Shown here in pieces: positions 1 through 10,082 of a DNA stretch of 64,000 bases. The DNA lies in the NCBI GenBank assembly GCA_963675595.2, contig CAXXLZ010000001.1:1312001-1376000 (forward strand), written 5' to 3'. A model generated the notes under the pieces. The model ran no database searches and was not told where the DNA came from. It saw only the letters and a program-made list of their open reading frames with translations. The position numbers and the translations under genes are program-made. This DNA comes from Thermodesulfobacteriota bacterium (GTDB taxonomy: Bacteria > Desulfobacterota > Desulfarculia > JACQYL01). Position 1 is the first letter of the stretch; each line of letters opens with the position of its first letter.

Positions 1-102
1 GTTCAATTTTAGGATGTTCTCCTCCCGAGTATACCTGCGGTCGTCTTCGTCTACGTCCTGCCGCTCGACGTCGATGTATTGAAGCAACTGACCGAGATTC
101 AT
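1..102 (-). CDS. Partial virion protein (possible head-tail adaptor), N-terminus only
   Basis: ATG at 102, reads MNLGQLLQYIDVERQDVDEDDRRYTREENILKLN off the window edge; downstream of capsid genes. Product inferred from position. Confidence 0.45.
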   Translation of the reverse strand, partial: MNLGQLLQYIDVERQDVDEDDRRYTREENILKLN

Positions 103-129
103 TCGCTTTCCCCGTTTATAAGGCGAAAA

Positions 130-1218
130 TCAGTCCTGCGAAGACGGCCTAACCTCGGAATAGCCATCCCTCCGCAAAACCTTGTGATACAGGTCAATAA
201 GCTGCCGTATCTGCGCCTCCATGCAAAACTGAAAACGATGCCGAAGCACCGATTCCCGACACTTCCTCTGTAAATCCTTGTCGGCGTAAACTTTCGGGAT
301 GTCCTCCGGTGAATCCAAGACAACCCCTATCTTGTACTTCGCCACCCACTCCGCCACCTCGGCCGCCCCACACGTCAAAATGGGAACGCCTGCCGCGATG
401 GACTCAAAAAACTTGTTGGGCATCGCCATGTTCCACTGTTCACACGGTTTCGCCGGGCCGACATAGGCCCATTCGTAACGAGTCAGCTCGCGCAAAAGAT
501 CAAAATACGGCGTAGACGGGTGAATGCACACGCCGGTGTGCTGATAATACGGCCACCAAGAATTACTTCCGGCGTAGATATGGAAAGGGATTTTGTGTTT
601 CATACACAGGTTTTCGACAAAACCCCGAAAATCGCCATACTCAAGCCTTGCTACGCCCGCCGGTCTTGTCTCCGGAACGGAAATCAAACCCTCATAGACG
701 ATTCCATTGGACCTGGGAAACTCATCCACTTCGGGAAACATTCCCTTGGTACACATGGAATACAATACCGTTGACGGCTTTTGCGCCTGTCCATACGTCT
801 TAAGCGCAAACAGCTCATACGACATCGAAGGAAAAACATAAGCGTCCGCCGAAACAAACGCCTTCAACTCGTCCCGCGTCAAAACATCCGCCGGAGCCAT
901 GATGGACGGAATGTCGTGAACGTCGTAAACAACCGGCTTGTCCGGGCAAATATCCTTTGCCCGCCAAACCATCCAGTCGGGCATGTTGTGAACATGGATA
1001 ATGTCGGCCTGTTCGGCGTGCATTTGCAGCTTGAGCGCGAAATCATTTTCGTTCTCATAAAGCGAAAAAGCGGGGAGCATGTATTGACTCTCTATGTTCG
1101 CCGTCCGCTGATGAAGAAAAAGAAGGTTGACGCCCTCTCGTATCAACGCCATGGCCTGCTTGACCACCCGGATACAACAATGGCTGCTTACCACCAAAAC
1201 GGATATCGGTTGATCCAC
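130..1218 (-). CDS. Glycosyltransferase (GT-B, GT4-like)
   Basis: DIIHVHN, VVYDVHD and MPNKFFESIAAGVPIL motifs typical of GT4 enzymes. Confidence 0.8.
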   Translation of the reverse strand: MDQPISVLVVSSHCCIRVVKQAMALIREGVNLLFLHQRTANIESQYMLPAFSLYENENDFALKLQMHAEQADIIHVHNMPDWMVWRAKDICPDKPVVYDVHDIPSIMAPADVLTRDELKAFVSADAYVFPSMSYELFALKTYGQAQKPSTVLYSMCTKGMFPEVDEFPRSNGIVYEGLISVPETRPAGVARLEYGDFRGFVENLCMKHKIPFHIYAGSNSWWPYYQHTGVCIHPSTPYFDLLRELTRYEWAYVGPAKPCEQWNMAMPNKFFESIAAGVPILTCGAAEVAEWVAKYKIGVVLDSPEDIPKVYADKDLQRKCRESVLRHRFQFCMEAQIRQLIDLYHKVLRRDGYSEVRPSSQD

Positions 1219-1291
1219 AACACCCCCGTTAAACCGACCCCGCCAAGTATCTCGGCGGAGCCGGTCGCATTTGTTTAACTTAGCCCGCCGG

Positions 1292-1786
1292 TTATTCGGT
1301 TCCGGACGCGCCGATTGCGCTCGGTCCGCTCGGAGGCACGTTGAAGTTGATGAAACTCCCGTAAGAAGCCAAAGACTGCGTTCCCAGAACGGTCGTCTTT
1401 GCGCTCGCCCTTACGACGACGCCCCCGATCACCACCTTGCTCGAAGGGCACTCCGGCCACTCGGCAAGAGTGGCGTTCGCAGCAATCTCCCCGGCCACGG
1501 CGGTAACCGTGCTCCCATCGTCCACGATGAGCTGTTTCTGAGCCTCATAGGTCGCCAACGTCGCACCCTCGCTGGTGCTCATTGCCATCCCGGACGCCGC
1601 CGCGTCCGCATACAGCGTACTGTCGATGACCATGTTGACGGTATTCGCCGTCTTAAATGTCGCCGGATCCGCAACGCAGGCCGCCAAACCGCCGGAACTG
1701 GTCGCATGGTTCTTCTGCAGGGACACGAGCTTCGCAACAACGTCCCTCATGTCCTTATGGTTAATACGTCGGTTCCATCCCCACAT
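1292..1786 (-). CDS. Hypothetical virion protein (possible capsid decoration)
   Basis: Ala/Thr/Gly-rich 164 aa ORF with strong RBS (AAGGAGG) downstream of MCP. Confidence 0.55.
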   Translation of the reverse strand: MWGWNRRINHKDMRDVVAKLVSLQKNHATSSGGLAACVADPATFKTANTVNMVIDSTLYADAAASGMAMSTSEGATLATYEAQKQLIVDDGSTVTAVAGEIAANATLAEWPECPSSKVVIGGVVVRASAKTTVLGTQSLASYGSFINFNVPPSGPSAIGASGTE

Positions 1787-1826
1787 GTCGTTGATCCTCC
1801 TTTAAGGACCCGCCGTCCCGTTAGAA

Positions 1827-2177
1827 TCAGGCCGCTTTCGCCGCCTTCTCTTTGGGAGGCGGTTCCTCCTTCTCGGGCTCCTTAATCACCGGGCCCCGAT
1901 CCTCGAAAGGAAACCGCATGATGTCGTTGAAAACCGTCTCGACTTCACCGGTTCGCCTGTCACGTTTTTGAATCACTTCGGTCGTAATCGCGTTCTTCAG
2001 GATCTCCACCACTTCCACCGGCAAATTGACTTCCTTCATCCGCGGAATTCGGAACGAACGACCGTTCAACCCTACATACACATACAAATGTCCGCCCTGG
2101 TCCTCGGGACCGTTGTGGATGTAGACCCTGCGTTGCTCCCCGCTCAACTTCAAGGGGTTCCTGCTATTGCTTGCCAT
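1827..2177 (-). CDS. Phage hypothetical protein directly downstream of MCP
   Basis: ORF in head operon; ATG at 2177 preceded by GGAAGG. Confidence 0.65.
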   Translation of the reverse strand: MASNSRNPLKLSGEQRRVYIHNGPEDQGGHLYVYVGLNGRSFRIPRMKEVNLPVEVVEILKNAITTEVIQKRDRRTGEVETVFNDIMRFPFEDRGPVIKEPEKEEPPPKEKAAKAA

Positions 2178-2234
2178 CAAACACCTTCCGTGCTTTCCCG
2201 CCCACCCCACCCGTAAACACAAACCACGGCCGGC

Positions 2235-3233
2235 TTAGACGGTCGCGTAGACCTCGAGCCTGGCCATCCAGGAGTCGTTCAAAATGACCGCGCCCTGCAT
2301 GGACTTCCAGCCGACGTGACCGCGCTGGCCGAGCGGATCGCTGTCGCTCGGTTTGGGGTTGACGACCATGGGAGTGACCGCATACTGACCGCGCAACGCC
2401 GAAAGGGCGAAGGCGTCCTTTGCAAAGATGAACGCGGGATACACGTCGTAACTCGCGCCGCTCGTGCTCTCCCACGTGGCCGTTCCGGAAACCGCCTTTC
2501 CGGAGTCGGCCCAAGGAGTAATCAACTGACTTTTGACCCAACGAACGTCCTCGATGGCGCCGATCTCGCTCTCGAAGAGCTGCTTCTGCCCACCGTAATC
2601 CTTCACGTCGATGAAGCCCGTGGCGTTCCGAATGTCCGAAACCAAGTCGGTATGCACCAACCCGATGAACCCGCCCAACACGTTCTCCGTGTTGAAATTC
2701 GGGGTACTGGCAACCATCTCGGTGATGCGCTCCGCGTATTCCCGTTCCAGCGCCTTCACGGCCTTGCGCTGCATCTTCCGACTGAACGTTCCGGAAATGG
2801 TATCCCTGGTATTTCCGCTGCCGCCGTAAAACACATTGGTTCCACCGCGGATCGCCTGGAATCGAACCGTCTCGATCATCTTGCTGGCCTGCTGCCCCAA
2901 CCGCTTATTGGCGGTCTGCAACACCGGATCTTCGTGCGTATCCTGCACGATATCGGAAATCTCAACCCGGTCGCCATACTGCTTCAGCGTGAGAGTGATG
3001 TCGGTTCGGGTCATCTTCGTCGCCGCCGGAGTGACGCCTTCCGTCAACTCATTCGGCGTGAAGTCGAAAGCCTCGTACCGACCAAAAATCATGCTCTTGG
3101 AATTTCGAGCGGGCAACGGCTGAGAAGTGCCGATCCGCTCCAAAACCTGATACGGCATGCCCACCTCGAGCAGCTTGGGCACCGTATACGCCGCGGTACG
3201 CGGCGAAATATCACCATATTCTGTCCTGGCCAT
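2235..3233 (-). CDS. Major capsid protein, N4-gp56 family
   Basis: YGDISPRTAAY, LTEGVTP, TLKQYG and DPLGQRGHVGWK motifs characteristic of N4-gp56-type MCPs. Confidence 0.9.
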   Translation of the reverse strand: MARTEYGDISPRTAAYTVPKLLEVGMPYQVLERIGTSQPLPARNSKSMIFGRYEAFDFTPNELTEGVTPAATKMTRTDITLTLKQYGDRVEISDIVQDTHEDPVLQTANKRLGQQASKMIETVRFQAIRGGTNVFYGGSGNTRDTISGTFSRKMQRKAVKALEREYAERITEMVASTPNFNTENVLGGFIGLVHTDLVSDIRNATGFIDVKDYGGQKQLFESEIGAIEDVRWVKSQLITPWADSGKAVSGTATWESTSGASYDVYPAFIFAKDAFALSALRGQYAVTPMVVNPKPSDSDPLGQRGHVGWKSMQGAVILNDSWMARLEVYATV

Positions 3234-3303
3234 TCCTATGTCTCCCGTCGTCGGGAACACCCAGGACGATTACCTTTCTCATTCCACGCCCCGAGAATTC
3301 CCG

Positions 3304-4359
3304 CTATCGTCGATAATTCCGAGTGGCCTCCGACCAAGCGCCCTCGAAATCGTTCATGTCCGGCTTGCTTCTCGGAATGACTCCTCCGCGACTGTCCACA
3401 ACCTCGGCCTCCTGAGACCTGTCCCGCTTCTTCGTACCGGCTCCGTTGTTACCGCCCGGCGTGATCCCCTTGGCTTCCTTGTACCGCCCAAGCAGATCAA
3501 TCGCCGCCTGCCCACCCTCATTCAGATAGACGTAACGGTTGTAACGACCCTCCGGCGTGTCCCCCAAGGAGGCCAACCACTGACCAAGAGGGCTTGACCA
3601 AACATTCCCGGGCTGCGTCTCCGCCGTATACGAATCCACGTCGGGATGCGCCTCCCGTATCGGTGCAAGCTGTCTCTCAAGTGCAGCCTGTCTCTCAGCC
3701 TCTTCGACGCGCCGACGATCGGCGGCCTCTCTCGCCGCCAGCTTCTTTTCTATCGCCGTCAACGCCCTCACCACCGGCTCATCGTCGCCGTACTCCGAAG
3801 CCAACGCCTTAATCGCGTCCTGCTCCCCTTCCTCCGACTCGGAACCCTTCGCGCCCTGTCCGCCCTTACCGTCGGGGGGCTGCCCCTTTCCTGCGTCGGA
3901 GTTGGCAGTTCCGTCTCCGCCCTTTCGGGCCGCCTCAAGCTCCGCCTTTAGTCGCGCGTTCTCCTGTGCAAGCTCGTTTCTCTGCCGATCGGAGGCGCTA
4001 AGCCGACCCTCCCAGGAGGCAACCTTCTGCTGCAAAGCCCGCAGCTCGGCCTCCTTCGGGTCTTCTTCTTTCGTCTTCGCTCCCCTCGGCTCCTCTTCCT
4101 TCGACGGCTGTTTGTCGGCGAACCCTTCCTCGGACGCCGCAGTCTCTTGTTCCCTGTCCTCATCCTTCGAGGGGAGATCATCCGCCTCCGGCTTCTCCGT
4201 GGTCGCCGCCTTCCACGCCGCCTCAAATTCCTCCGAGTCGTCGGCCGAAGCCTCCGGCCCTTCGTTGTCCACCCGTTGTTCTTCCGAACCGCGAGCGCCG
4301 CCTTCTTCAACGACTGAGCGCTCGGTCGGTTCCTTCTCGTCAATAACTTCCTTGGACAT
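3304..4359 (-). CDS. Putative capsid scaffolding protein
   Basis: Acidic low-complexity N-terminus plus coiled coils; located between portal and MCP. Confidence 0.7.
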   Translation of the reverse strand: MSKEVIDEKEPTERSVVEEGGARGSEEQRVDNEGPEASADDSEEFEAAWKAATTEKPEADDLPSKDEDREQETAASEEGFADKQPSKEEEPRGAKTKEEDPKEAELRALQQKVASWEGRLSASDRQRNELAQENARLKAELEAARKGGDGTANSDAGKGQPPDGKGGQGAKGSESEEGEQDAIKALASEYGDDEPVVRALTAIEKKLAAREAADRRRVEEAERQAALERQLAPIREAHPDVDSYTAETQPGNVWSSPLGQWLASLGDTPEGRYNRYVYLNEGGQAAIDLLGRYKEAKGITPGGNNGAGTKKRDRSQEAEVVDSRGGVIPRSKPDMNDFEGAWSEATRNYRR

Positions 4360-4448
4360 GCCGTCCCCCTTGGTGCGGGCGCCTTACCGGCGTATCCGCA
4401 AGTTAAAACCTCGCCCGGTGTCCCCCGAAAACCGAAGGGCCGGAACCT

Positions 4449-4730
4449 CTATTCCTCGTCCCCTTCGTCGGGCGATCCACCCGGCAAAGAGGCTAAAATC
4501 TCGTGTCGCATCGACTCCGCAAACGCAAAACCGCCACGCAAATATTCGGTTCTGTCCATGGGAAGTGTATGGGCGCACAGGTTCGTCTTGATGTCCTCCT
4601 GCGCCACCGTCAGAAGCGCCACAAACGCATTCACCAACGGAGAGCCTTGCGCCGACCTAACCGTGTTTCTCGCGTCGTTGAACGCCTTCAATTGACTCTT
4701 GGTAACCGTTGACCGTCTCGGATTGAACAT
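4449..4730 (-). CDS. Phage hypothetical protein
   Basis: 93 aa ORF tightly coupled to the portal stop codon. Confidence 0.6.
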   Translation of the reverse strand: MFNPRRSTVTKSQLKAFNDARNTVRSAQGSPLVNAFVALLTVAQEDIKTNLCAHTLPMDRTEYLRGGFAFAESMRHEILASLPGGSPDEGDEE

Positions 4731-4732
4731 TA

Positions 4733-6715
4733 TCAGGCCGCCTCTCTCATTCCTGCGCCCTCGTCGCGACTGAGCGCTCGGTCGGTTTCAGCCGCCGAGT
4801 TTTCCTTGTCGGCCGCAGCCGCAGCCTGCAAAACAGCCATTTCCTGCTGCCGCCGCTGCTCCATCAAAATCTCGTCCAGCTCCTTAACCACGTCCCGAAT
4901 ATTCATGCTCTCCGCTCGCTTCACCAACAGCTTCCACCGATCCACCAGCGGAGCATCCATAGGATTCAGCGTATCGGCCGCAAACTCCCTCAAGCTCTGC
5001 TTCATCAACTCCTTATCCAGCACGGCACTCAACCCGGTCGCGATCACCTCCCAATCACCCTTGATGTCGTCCCGGTCGCTCCTCTCCATGTTGTAATCCA
5101 CCATCGCCCGGATCAACGGTCGCGTAACGTAGGTATCCCACACCCCCAACTGCGCCAGGTAAACGATCGCCAATTGCCCCATCAACATACTCAGACCGGT
5201 AGCCGTCTTCGCCCCGCCGCCCACCTTCGCGTCCCCGTACATGTACCGAGGCGTCATACTGATCTCGTCGAGCTCGAGTCCGGCGCGATCCAAAAGCATC
5301 AGCGCAAACTGCAAAATATTCGGCAGGGAATGAACACGCAACGCCGGGTATCCACTGTCCCCCGGGGCAATCGCCTTGCGGAGCAAAACCCGCCAAGGAA
5401 ACATCTTTGTCGGATTCTTCTCTTTGCGACTCAACAGGTCCTCGTTGACCTCGAAAATCGCCCCCGCCGTAATCGCCGCATTATCCAACGCCACGCGAAT
5501 CGAAGCGTTGTACATCTCTTGCGGATGTCTCAGATATTCCGCCATCCCGACGCCGAAGATCGAAGAATCGTCCTTGTCGAAGTAGTACAACTGGTACGGC
5601 CACCGATCCGTACCCTCAAACGGATTGATCACCGCCTTGATGACCAGCGGTCCCAGCATCCACACGTTGCACCGAAACTCCATGCCCAACTGGTCGTCGG
5701 CGACGTCTCCCCCGCAATCCCTTAAGTCGTTACCGCTCAACCATGCCCATCCCTCTATGGGCTCAAACCGCCTGCCGACCGGAGGGCTCCCCGTCTGCTC
5801 CCCCTCCGCGGCCATCATGAAAATCTCCTGCTCGTGATTCGACCAACTAAAGTCGCCGTTCCGCATCTCGCTCAAATACTTCAGGATCAAATCCTTACGG
5901 AATCCAGGACGCTCCGCCAACCGCAACAGCTCATGCGGCAACATCACGTGCCGCTGAAAAACGAACTCGGCGTTCTCGATATCCGTAGCCGACATGTCGG
6001 GGAAAAAATCCCAAATCCTCACAAACTGAACGAAGGGAACCGCTTCCTCTTCCGCCCGGTTCCTCCACCCGTCCTCTCCGGGAACCCAACGATTCCGTCT
6101 CCGATACTTCACCAAGGGCCCCTTCACCACCCCTGTCCCGTACAAATGTCCGCTGTGTATCGCAAACCCGCACACCCGCTTGTAATCGCACTCCGTCAAC
6201 TGATCCTCGATTACAAGCGCCATTCGCTTCGCCCGTTCCTTGATCTCCTTGTCGATCTCCGACTTGATCTCTTCCGCACTCAACTGCGTCACTTGATCCG
6301 GCGGAACCCCGGCCGCCGTCTCCTGCTCCATCCGCGCCGCCTGCGCCAGCATAACCACCTGTTGAATTTCGTCGATCACCGCCGGATGCGGCTCGGGCTC
6401 AGGACTCGGCTTCACGTCGAAATTCCGGCTCTCCCCCGCCGGCCACAGCTTGTCCATCAACTGAGAATCCAACGTCAAAATCTTCGGTCGCGTCTTATTC
6501 AAGAACACCCGGCTGCGATTCTCATCCAGGCTCGACAAAAAGCTCGGATCATACTGCCCCTTGTATTGCCGAAGACTGTCCAACCAGACCTTCTCGTACG
6601 CCTGCTCCCGCAACTTCCGAGTCTCCTCGAACATGCGACGCAACTTCCATCCCACCTCCGTCGCCATGTCCTTCACCGGACCCGTATAAGAAACTTCGGC
6701 TCTCTCGCTCGCCAT
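4733..6715 (-). CDS. Portal protein
   Basis: 660 aa directly after TerL; LYGTGVVKGP, WDFFPD and SIFGVG motifs resembling podovirus-type portals. Confidence 0.85.
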   Translation of the reverse strand: MASERAEVSYTGPVKDMATEVGWKLRRMFEETRKLREQAYEKVWLDSLRQYKGQYDPSFLSSLDENRSRVFLNKTRPKILTLDSQLMDKLWPAGESRNFDVKPSPEPEPHPAVIDEIQQVVMLAQAARMEQETAAGVPPDQVTQLSAEEIKSEIDKEIKERAKRMALVIEDQLTECDYKRVCGFAIHSGHLYGTGVVKGPLVKYRRRNRWVPGEDGWRNRAEEEAVPFVQFVRIWDFFPDMSATDIENAEFVFQRHVMLPHELLRLAERPGFRKDLILKYLSEMRNGDFSWSNHEQEIFMMAAEGEQTGSPPVGRRFEPIEGWAWLSGNDLRDCGGDVADDQLGMEFRCNVWMLGPLVIKAVINPFEGTDRWPYQLYYFDKDDSSIFGVGMAEYLRHPQEMYNASIRVALDNAAITAGAIFEVNEDLLSRKEKNPTKMFPWRVLLRKAIAPGDSGYPALRVHSLPNILQFALMLLDRAGLELDEISMTPRYMYGDAKVGGGAKTATGLSMLMGQLAIVYLAQLGVWDTYVTRPLIRAMVDYNMERSDRDDIKGDWEVIATGLSAVLDKELMKQSLREFAADTLNPMDAPLVDRWKLLVKRAESMNIRDVVKELDEILMEQRRQQEMAVLQAAAAADKENSAAETDRALSRDEGAGMREAA

Positions 6716-6717
6716 GC

Positions 6718-8205
6718 TCAGTACCCCGCAACCCCGGCCCTATAGTCAAAATACTCGTCCGGAACCTCATACCCTCCGCCCGAAACCAACGAGGCCCCCC
6801 CGGAAGTCTCCGCGAACATCGCCGCATACTGCTGCGCGTCATGCACATGCGAATAGATATTCTTCTTCGGCTCGTCCCGGTATATCTCCTCACCCCCGGA
6901 TACCTGCACCCGCGCAAAACAGTACCCGCCCAAGAACCCCTTCTTGAGCCTCTTACACTTCGAGGAAAGCAGATATCCGGGACCACCACCCGCCGCCAGT
7001 TTCGTCAAATAACTCTTCACCGCGTCCGTCCGAGGGGTAATCATGTTCGTCTTCGCAGGCGTCACATTGATACCAACCTTGTCCTTTAAAATCTGGATAG
7101 CCCAAATCTCATCCGCCTCCGACTTCCGGTTTCCGCTCGGATCACCCGTATGAAACACCTCGTATCCACTGAAGTTGTTCGCCAAATACGGCTTCACCTT
7201 GTCCCGACCAAACTGTCTCGCCCCCATGTTCTCCGTATACAACTCGTCCAACGTCCTCAACTGACCGCTCGGCAACAACTGATTCACCACAATCGCCGGC
7301 GTCCTCCCGAAGTCCCACCCAACAATCAACGGCAAACCCTGCACCGGAACCAACGCCGTCCTGGACCCGTGCACCAAATCGTTGTACTCCGGATACACGG
7401 GCTTTCCGTGCTGCACCGTCCCGTATCTCCCCTCCAGGTAAACCCGGATCCACTCCCGAGTCTTACCCGGAATCTGGCTCATCCAGTAATCAAATCCGAG
7501 AGTATGATTCTCCACATTCTCCGCGGGAGGATACGCGCCCTGCCCGTAATTCGGCTCATACCTGCCGCTCCCCGTCTCCACTTCAAACACCGCCGGAGGC
7601 TGCTGGAAAAACTCGTACCCCTCCAGCTCCTCCTCCTCCGCCATCGAATACCACCAGTGATCGTCGTCCGGGGGGTTCGTATCCATGATAAGTCCGCGCC
7701 AATTAAACCCGCCCCACTTCTTCGGCGGATACCGACCCGTTCGACCAAGGGCCATATCAAGGACGGATCGCGGAATCTGTCTCGCCTCGTTGACCCATAT
7801 TCCCGTCAGCTCGAGGGAAAGCAGCTTCTTTATGTCCTCCGGCCGGTCAAGCGCCAAAAAATAAATCTCCGCATCAATCCCATACTTCTTCGAATACAAC
7901 TTCCCGCAAATCGGGTGAGAAAACTTCACATTGAATATCGAAGGAGGAAACCACTCCTGCACCGTCTTGATCGTCGTCGTCTCAAGCTCCGGATACGTAT
8001 TCCGTATCACCGCCCACCGACTACGCTTCCACCCCTTATACTCAACCTGCCTATTGCACCGAATAAACATCTCCAACGTACAACCAACCGACTTACCACT
8101 CCCAATCGGACCCATAATCCCACGCACCAAGGCGTTAGACCGATGAAAGTTCGAAATAGTCGGCGTCGCTATGTAATCTACGTTTTCGTTCGGTGCCAAT
8201 CTCAT
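6718..8205 (-). CDS. Terminase large subunit
   Basis: Walker A GPIGSGKS, Walker B IWVNEAR, motif III DTNPP, nuclease GWDFG ... HVHDAQQY. Confidence 0.93.
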   Translation of the reverse strand: MRLAPNENVDYIATPTISNFHRSNALVRGIMGPIGSGKSVGCTLEMFIRCNRQVEYKGWKRSRWAVIRNTYPELETTTIKTVQEWFPPSIFNVKFSHPICGKLYSKKYGIDAEIYFLALDRPEDIKKLLSLELTGIWVNEARQIPRSVLDMALGRTGRYPPKKWGGFNWRGLIMDTNPPDDDHWWYSMAEEEELEGYEFFQQPPAVFEVETGSGRYEPNYGQGAYPPAENVENHTLGFDYWMSQIPGKTREWIRVYLEGRYGTVQHGKPVYPEYNDLVHGSRTALVPVQGLPLIVGWDFGRTPAIVVNQLLPSGQLRTLDELYTENMGARQFGRDKVKPYLANNFSGYEVFHTGDPSGNRKSEADEIWAIQILKDKVGINVTPAKTNMITPRTDAVKSYLTKLAAGGGPGYLLSSKCKRLKKGFLGGYCFARVQVSGGEEIYRDEPKKNIYSHVHDAQQYAAMFAETSGGASLVSGGGYEVPDEYFDYRAGVAGY

Positions 8206-8549
8206 AACGTAACGGTCGATGCTCCCATGTTGTTGATCCGACGCCTCACAGTACGATCAATCCCGTCGGCAAACTCCTCGACGACACCTCGAAACATCTC
8301 CGGAATCGGAGGCGACGTCCGAGAACGATCACGGAAAAACCGATCAATCATGCCGCCTACGGCATAAGCCGTCTCTCGCTCGGCGGACTCGTGGGGGCGA
8401 ACCACGAAACCGTCCCGGGGATGAACATAAAGGGACAACGGAGAATCCTTCTTACCTCTCTTGCTACGTTGCCAATCCTCAAAAAGACCGGCGTCGGCGG
8501 GACGCTCAAGCTCACTGAAAAAATCCGTCATCGAATCATTCCTACGCAC
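8202..8549 (-). CDS. Phage hypothetical protein
   Basis: ORF overlapping the TerL start. Confidence 0.5.
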   Translation of the reverse strand: MRRNDSMTDFFSELERPADAGLFEDWQRSKRGKKDSPLSLYVHPRDGFVVRPHESAERETAYAVGGMIDRFFRDRSRTSPPIPEMFRGVVEEFADGIDRTVRRRINNMGASTVTL

Positions 8550-8926
8550 CCTCTCAGATGTGGAGCCCCAAACTTAATAACCCTGGCCCTTGAGGCGTCA
8601 TCTCCAACGCGCCGAATCAGCACCTCTTTCGAGCCGTCGAAATGGTGGACTGTCTCCATTCTTACCTCGTGTACGGACGCCCCCATGTCGTTCAGCTCCT
8701 CCATGATCCTGTCATCCATGGCCTTGGCCTGAAACTCAACCATCTCCACGAACGCCTTTCGAACAGGATCTGACTCGTCTCCCTTGTCCTCCAGTTCGCC
8801 GGAGTTCATAGAAAAAGTCGCAGAATGCGTGTCATGCAGGTTAAGCCTCGGAAACTGAAATTCAAAGCGTCGAATCGGCCTGAATGCCTTGCCTAAAAAC
8901 GGGACCAATGCACCACCAAAAGGCAT
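8528..8926 (-). CDS. Phage hypothetical protein
   Basis: ORF track; start uncertain. Confidence 0.45.
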   Translation of the reverse strand: MPFGGALVPFLGKAFRPIRRFEFQFPRLNLHDTHSATFSMNSGELEDKGDESDPVRKAFVEMVEFQAKAMDDRIMEELNDMGASVHEVRMETVHHFDGSKEVLIRRVGDDASRARVIKFGAPHLRGCVGMIR

Positions 8927-8952
8927 ATCAACCTCCCTGCAAACGCTGAAGC

Positions 8953-9204
8953 TTACTCAGTGTCATAACCTGGAATTTTGTAGGGAAAGATTCCGGCGCT
9001 GCCGGAGTCTTTGCTGCTCCACTCCCCGTCCAGCCGAACAAACTCACCGATAGGCCACCCGCTTCCGACTTGCCCGTAAGCAAGCTCAGCCACCTCAACC
9101 GCATGCATCTCCTTCCGAAAATCGTCGGAAGAACAACAGTAGATCGCAACCTCCGCCCCAGGTGGCATCTTGCTCAACTGCTCCATCAACTCACGAACCC
9201 TCAT
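8953..9204 (-). CDS. Phage hypothetical protein (MRVRELMEQL-type)
   Basis: RBS GGGAGG; N-terminus resembles 13681-13839. Confidence 0.55.
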   Translation of the reverse strand: MRVRELMEQLSKMPPGAEVAIYCCSSDDFRKEMHAVEVAELAYGQVGSGWPIGEFVRLDGEWSSKDSGSAGIFPYKIPGYDTE

Positions 9205-9233
9205 AAGCCAAACCTCCCTGCAAACGCTGAAGT

Positions 9234-10082
9234 TCACTCGGCAATGACGCTCCGAGACAAACACCGCCTCTCAAGTGCGGTTTGGTTTAAAAGCGCCGGA
9301 GACGGGACGGGCGCACGGTCGAACCCTCGCCCACTCAAACGCGAAAGATAGCGGTCTACCTCTTTCTTTCTCTCCATACGGACCAACTCCCGGATGCAAA
9401 AACCGGGCGGGATGGTGGAAAGCGTCGGAACAGCATAAACCCGATGTTCACAAAAAAACGGTTCGTAAACCCCGGACTCGGCCTCAATTGCGTCATAGCC
9501 TCCATCTTCGTCGTCGATTTCTTCGTAGTCGATGGGGGCGGATCTCTCCTCTACAGCGGCAACGCGGCCCGCAAAAGATGGGTCGCCGTCGGAAGGAAAC
9601 AATACAGGAGTTGCCGACAAGAAATCGTCCTGAAGAATCTCCGGATCAGACGCACGGTCGCCAGGTACGATAGGCGCGTAACCCCTGAAATGGGCTCGTA
9701 CGGCACCAGGTTTGACGGCACCGGTATGGGATGACAATAGATTCTTTAGGTTTGAACGGCTTTGGCTTAACAGGCCCCGCGCAAACGGAGAGTCGGGGTT
9801 GAGGATGGTGTCATATGCACAATTTCGAGACAGAGCCCCGGGGGGCTCCTTGACGGGGTGGGGTGATGCATACCCCCCCTCCCCCCCTATTCCTTTACAT
9901 TCCTTCGGCCCCGGATCGGCTTCCGACAGCTCGGCCTCGAGGCCGGCGCAGCAGCCAGCATCCGATACGTCCAGGCATCGCCATCCGGTCATCAAGCCCC
10001 CCAAAAAATTACGAATCAGGAGGGACCATCGTCCGAACGCGCCGGAGGTCCTATGCTGGAACGGACTGAAAAGGCTACGCAT
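9234..10082 (-). CDS. Hypothetical protein
   Basis: Long ORF between TerS and downstream genes; start uncertain, no motif recognised. Confidence 0.35.
   Translation of the reverse strand: MRSLFSPFQHRTSGAFGRWSLLIRNFLGGLMTGWRCLDVSDAGCCAGLEAELSEADPGPKECKGIGGEGGYASPHPVKEPPGALSRNCAYDTILNPDSPFARGLLSQSRSNLKNLLSSHTGAVKPGAVRAHFRGYAPIVPGDRASDPEILQDDFLSATPVLFPSDGDPSFAGRVAAVEERSAPIDYEEIDDEDGGYDAIEAESGVYEPFFCEHRVYAVPTLSTIPPGFCIRELVRMERKKEVDRYLSRLSGRGFDRAPVPSPALLNQTALERRCLSRSVIAE

Noticed and set aside
2235-3233. Classification as a true N4-like lytic phage
   Set aside because: The MCP is N4-gp56-like, but no RNA polymerase genes are seen, and the element has an integrase and repressor.
2316-8367. Long + strand ORFs (2316-3380, 5834-6745, 7150-8367)
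   Set aside because: Antisense shadows of MCP, portal and TerL caused by GC-rich codon bias.
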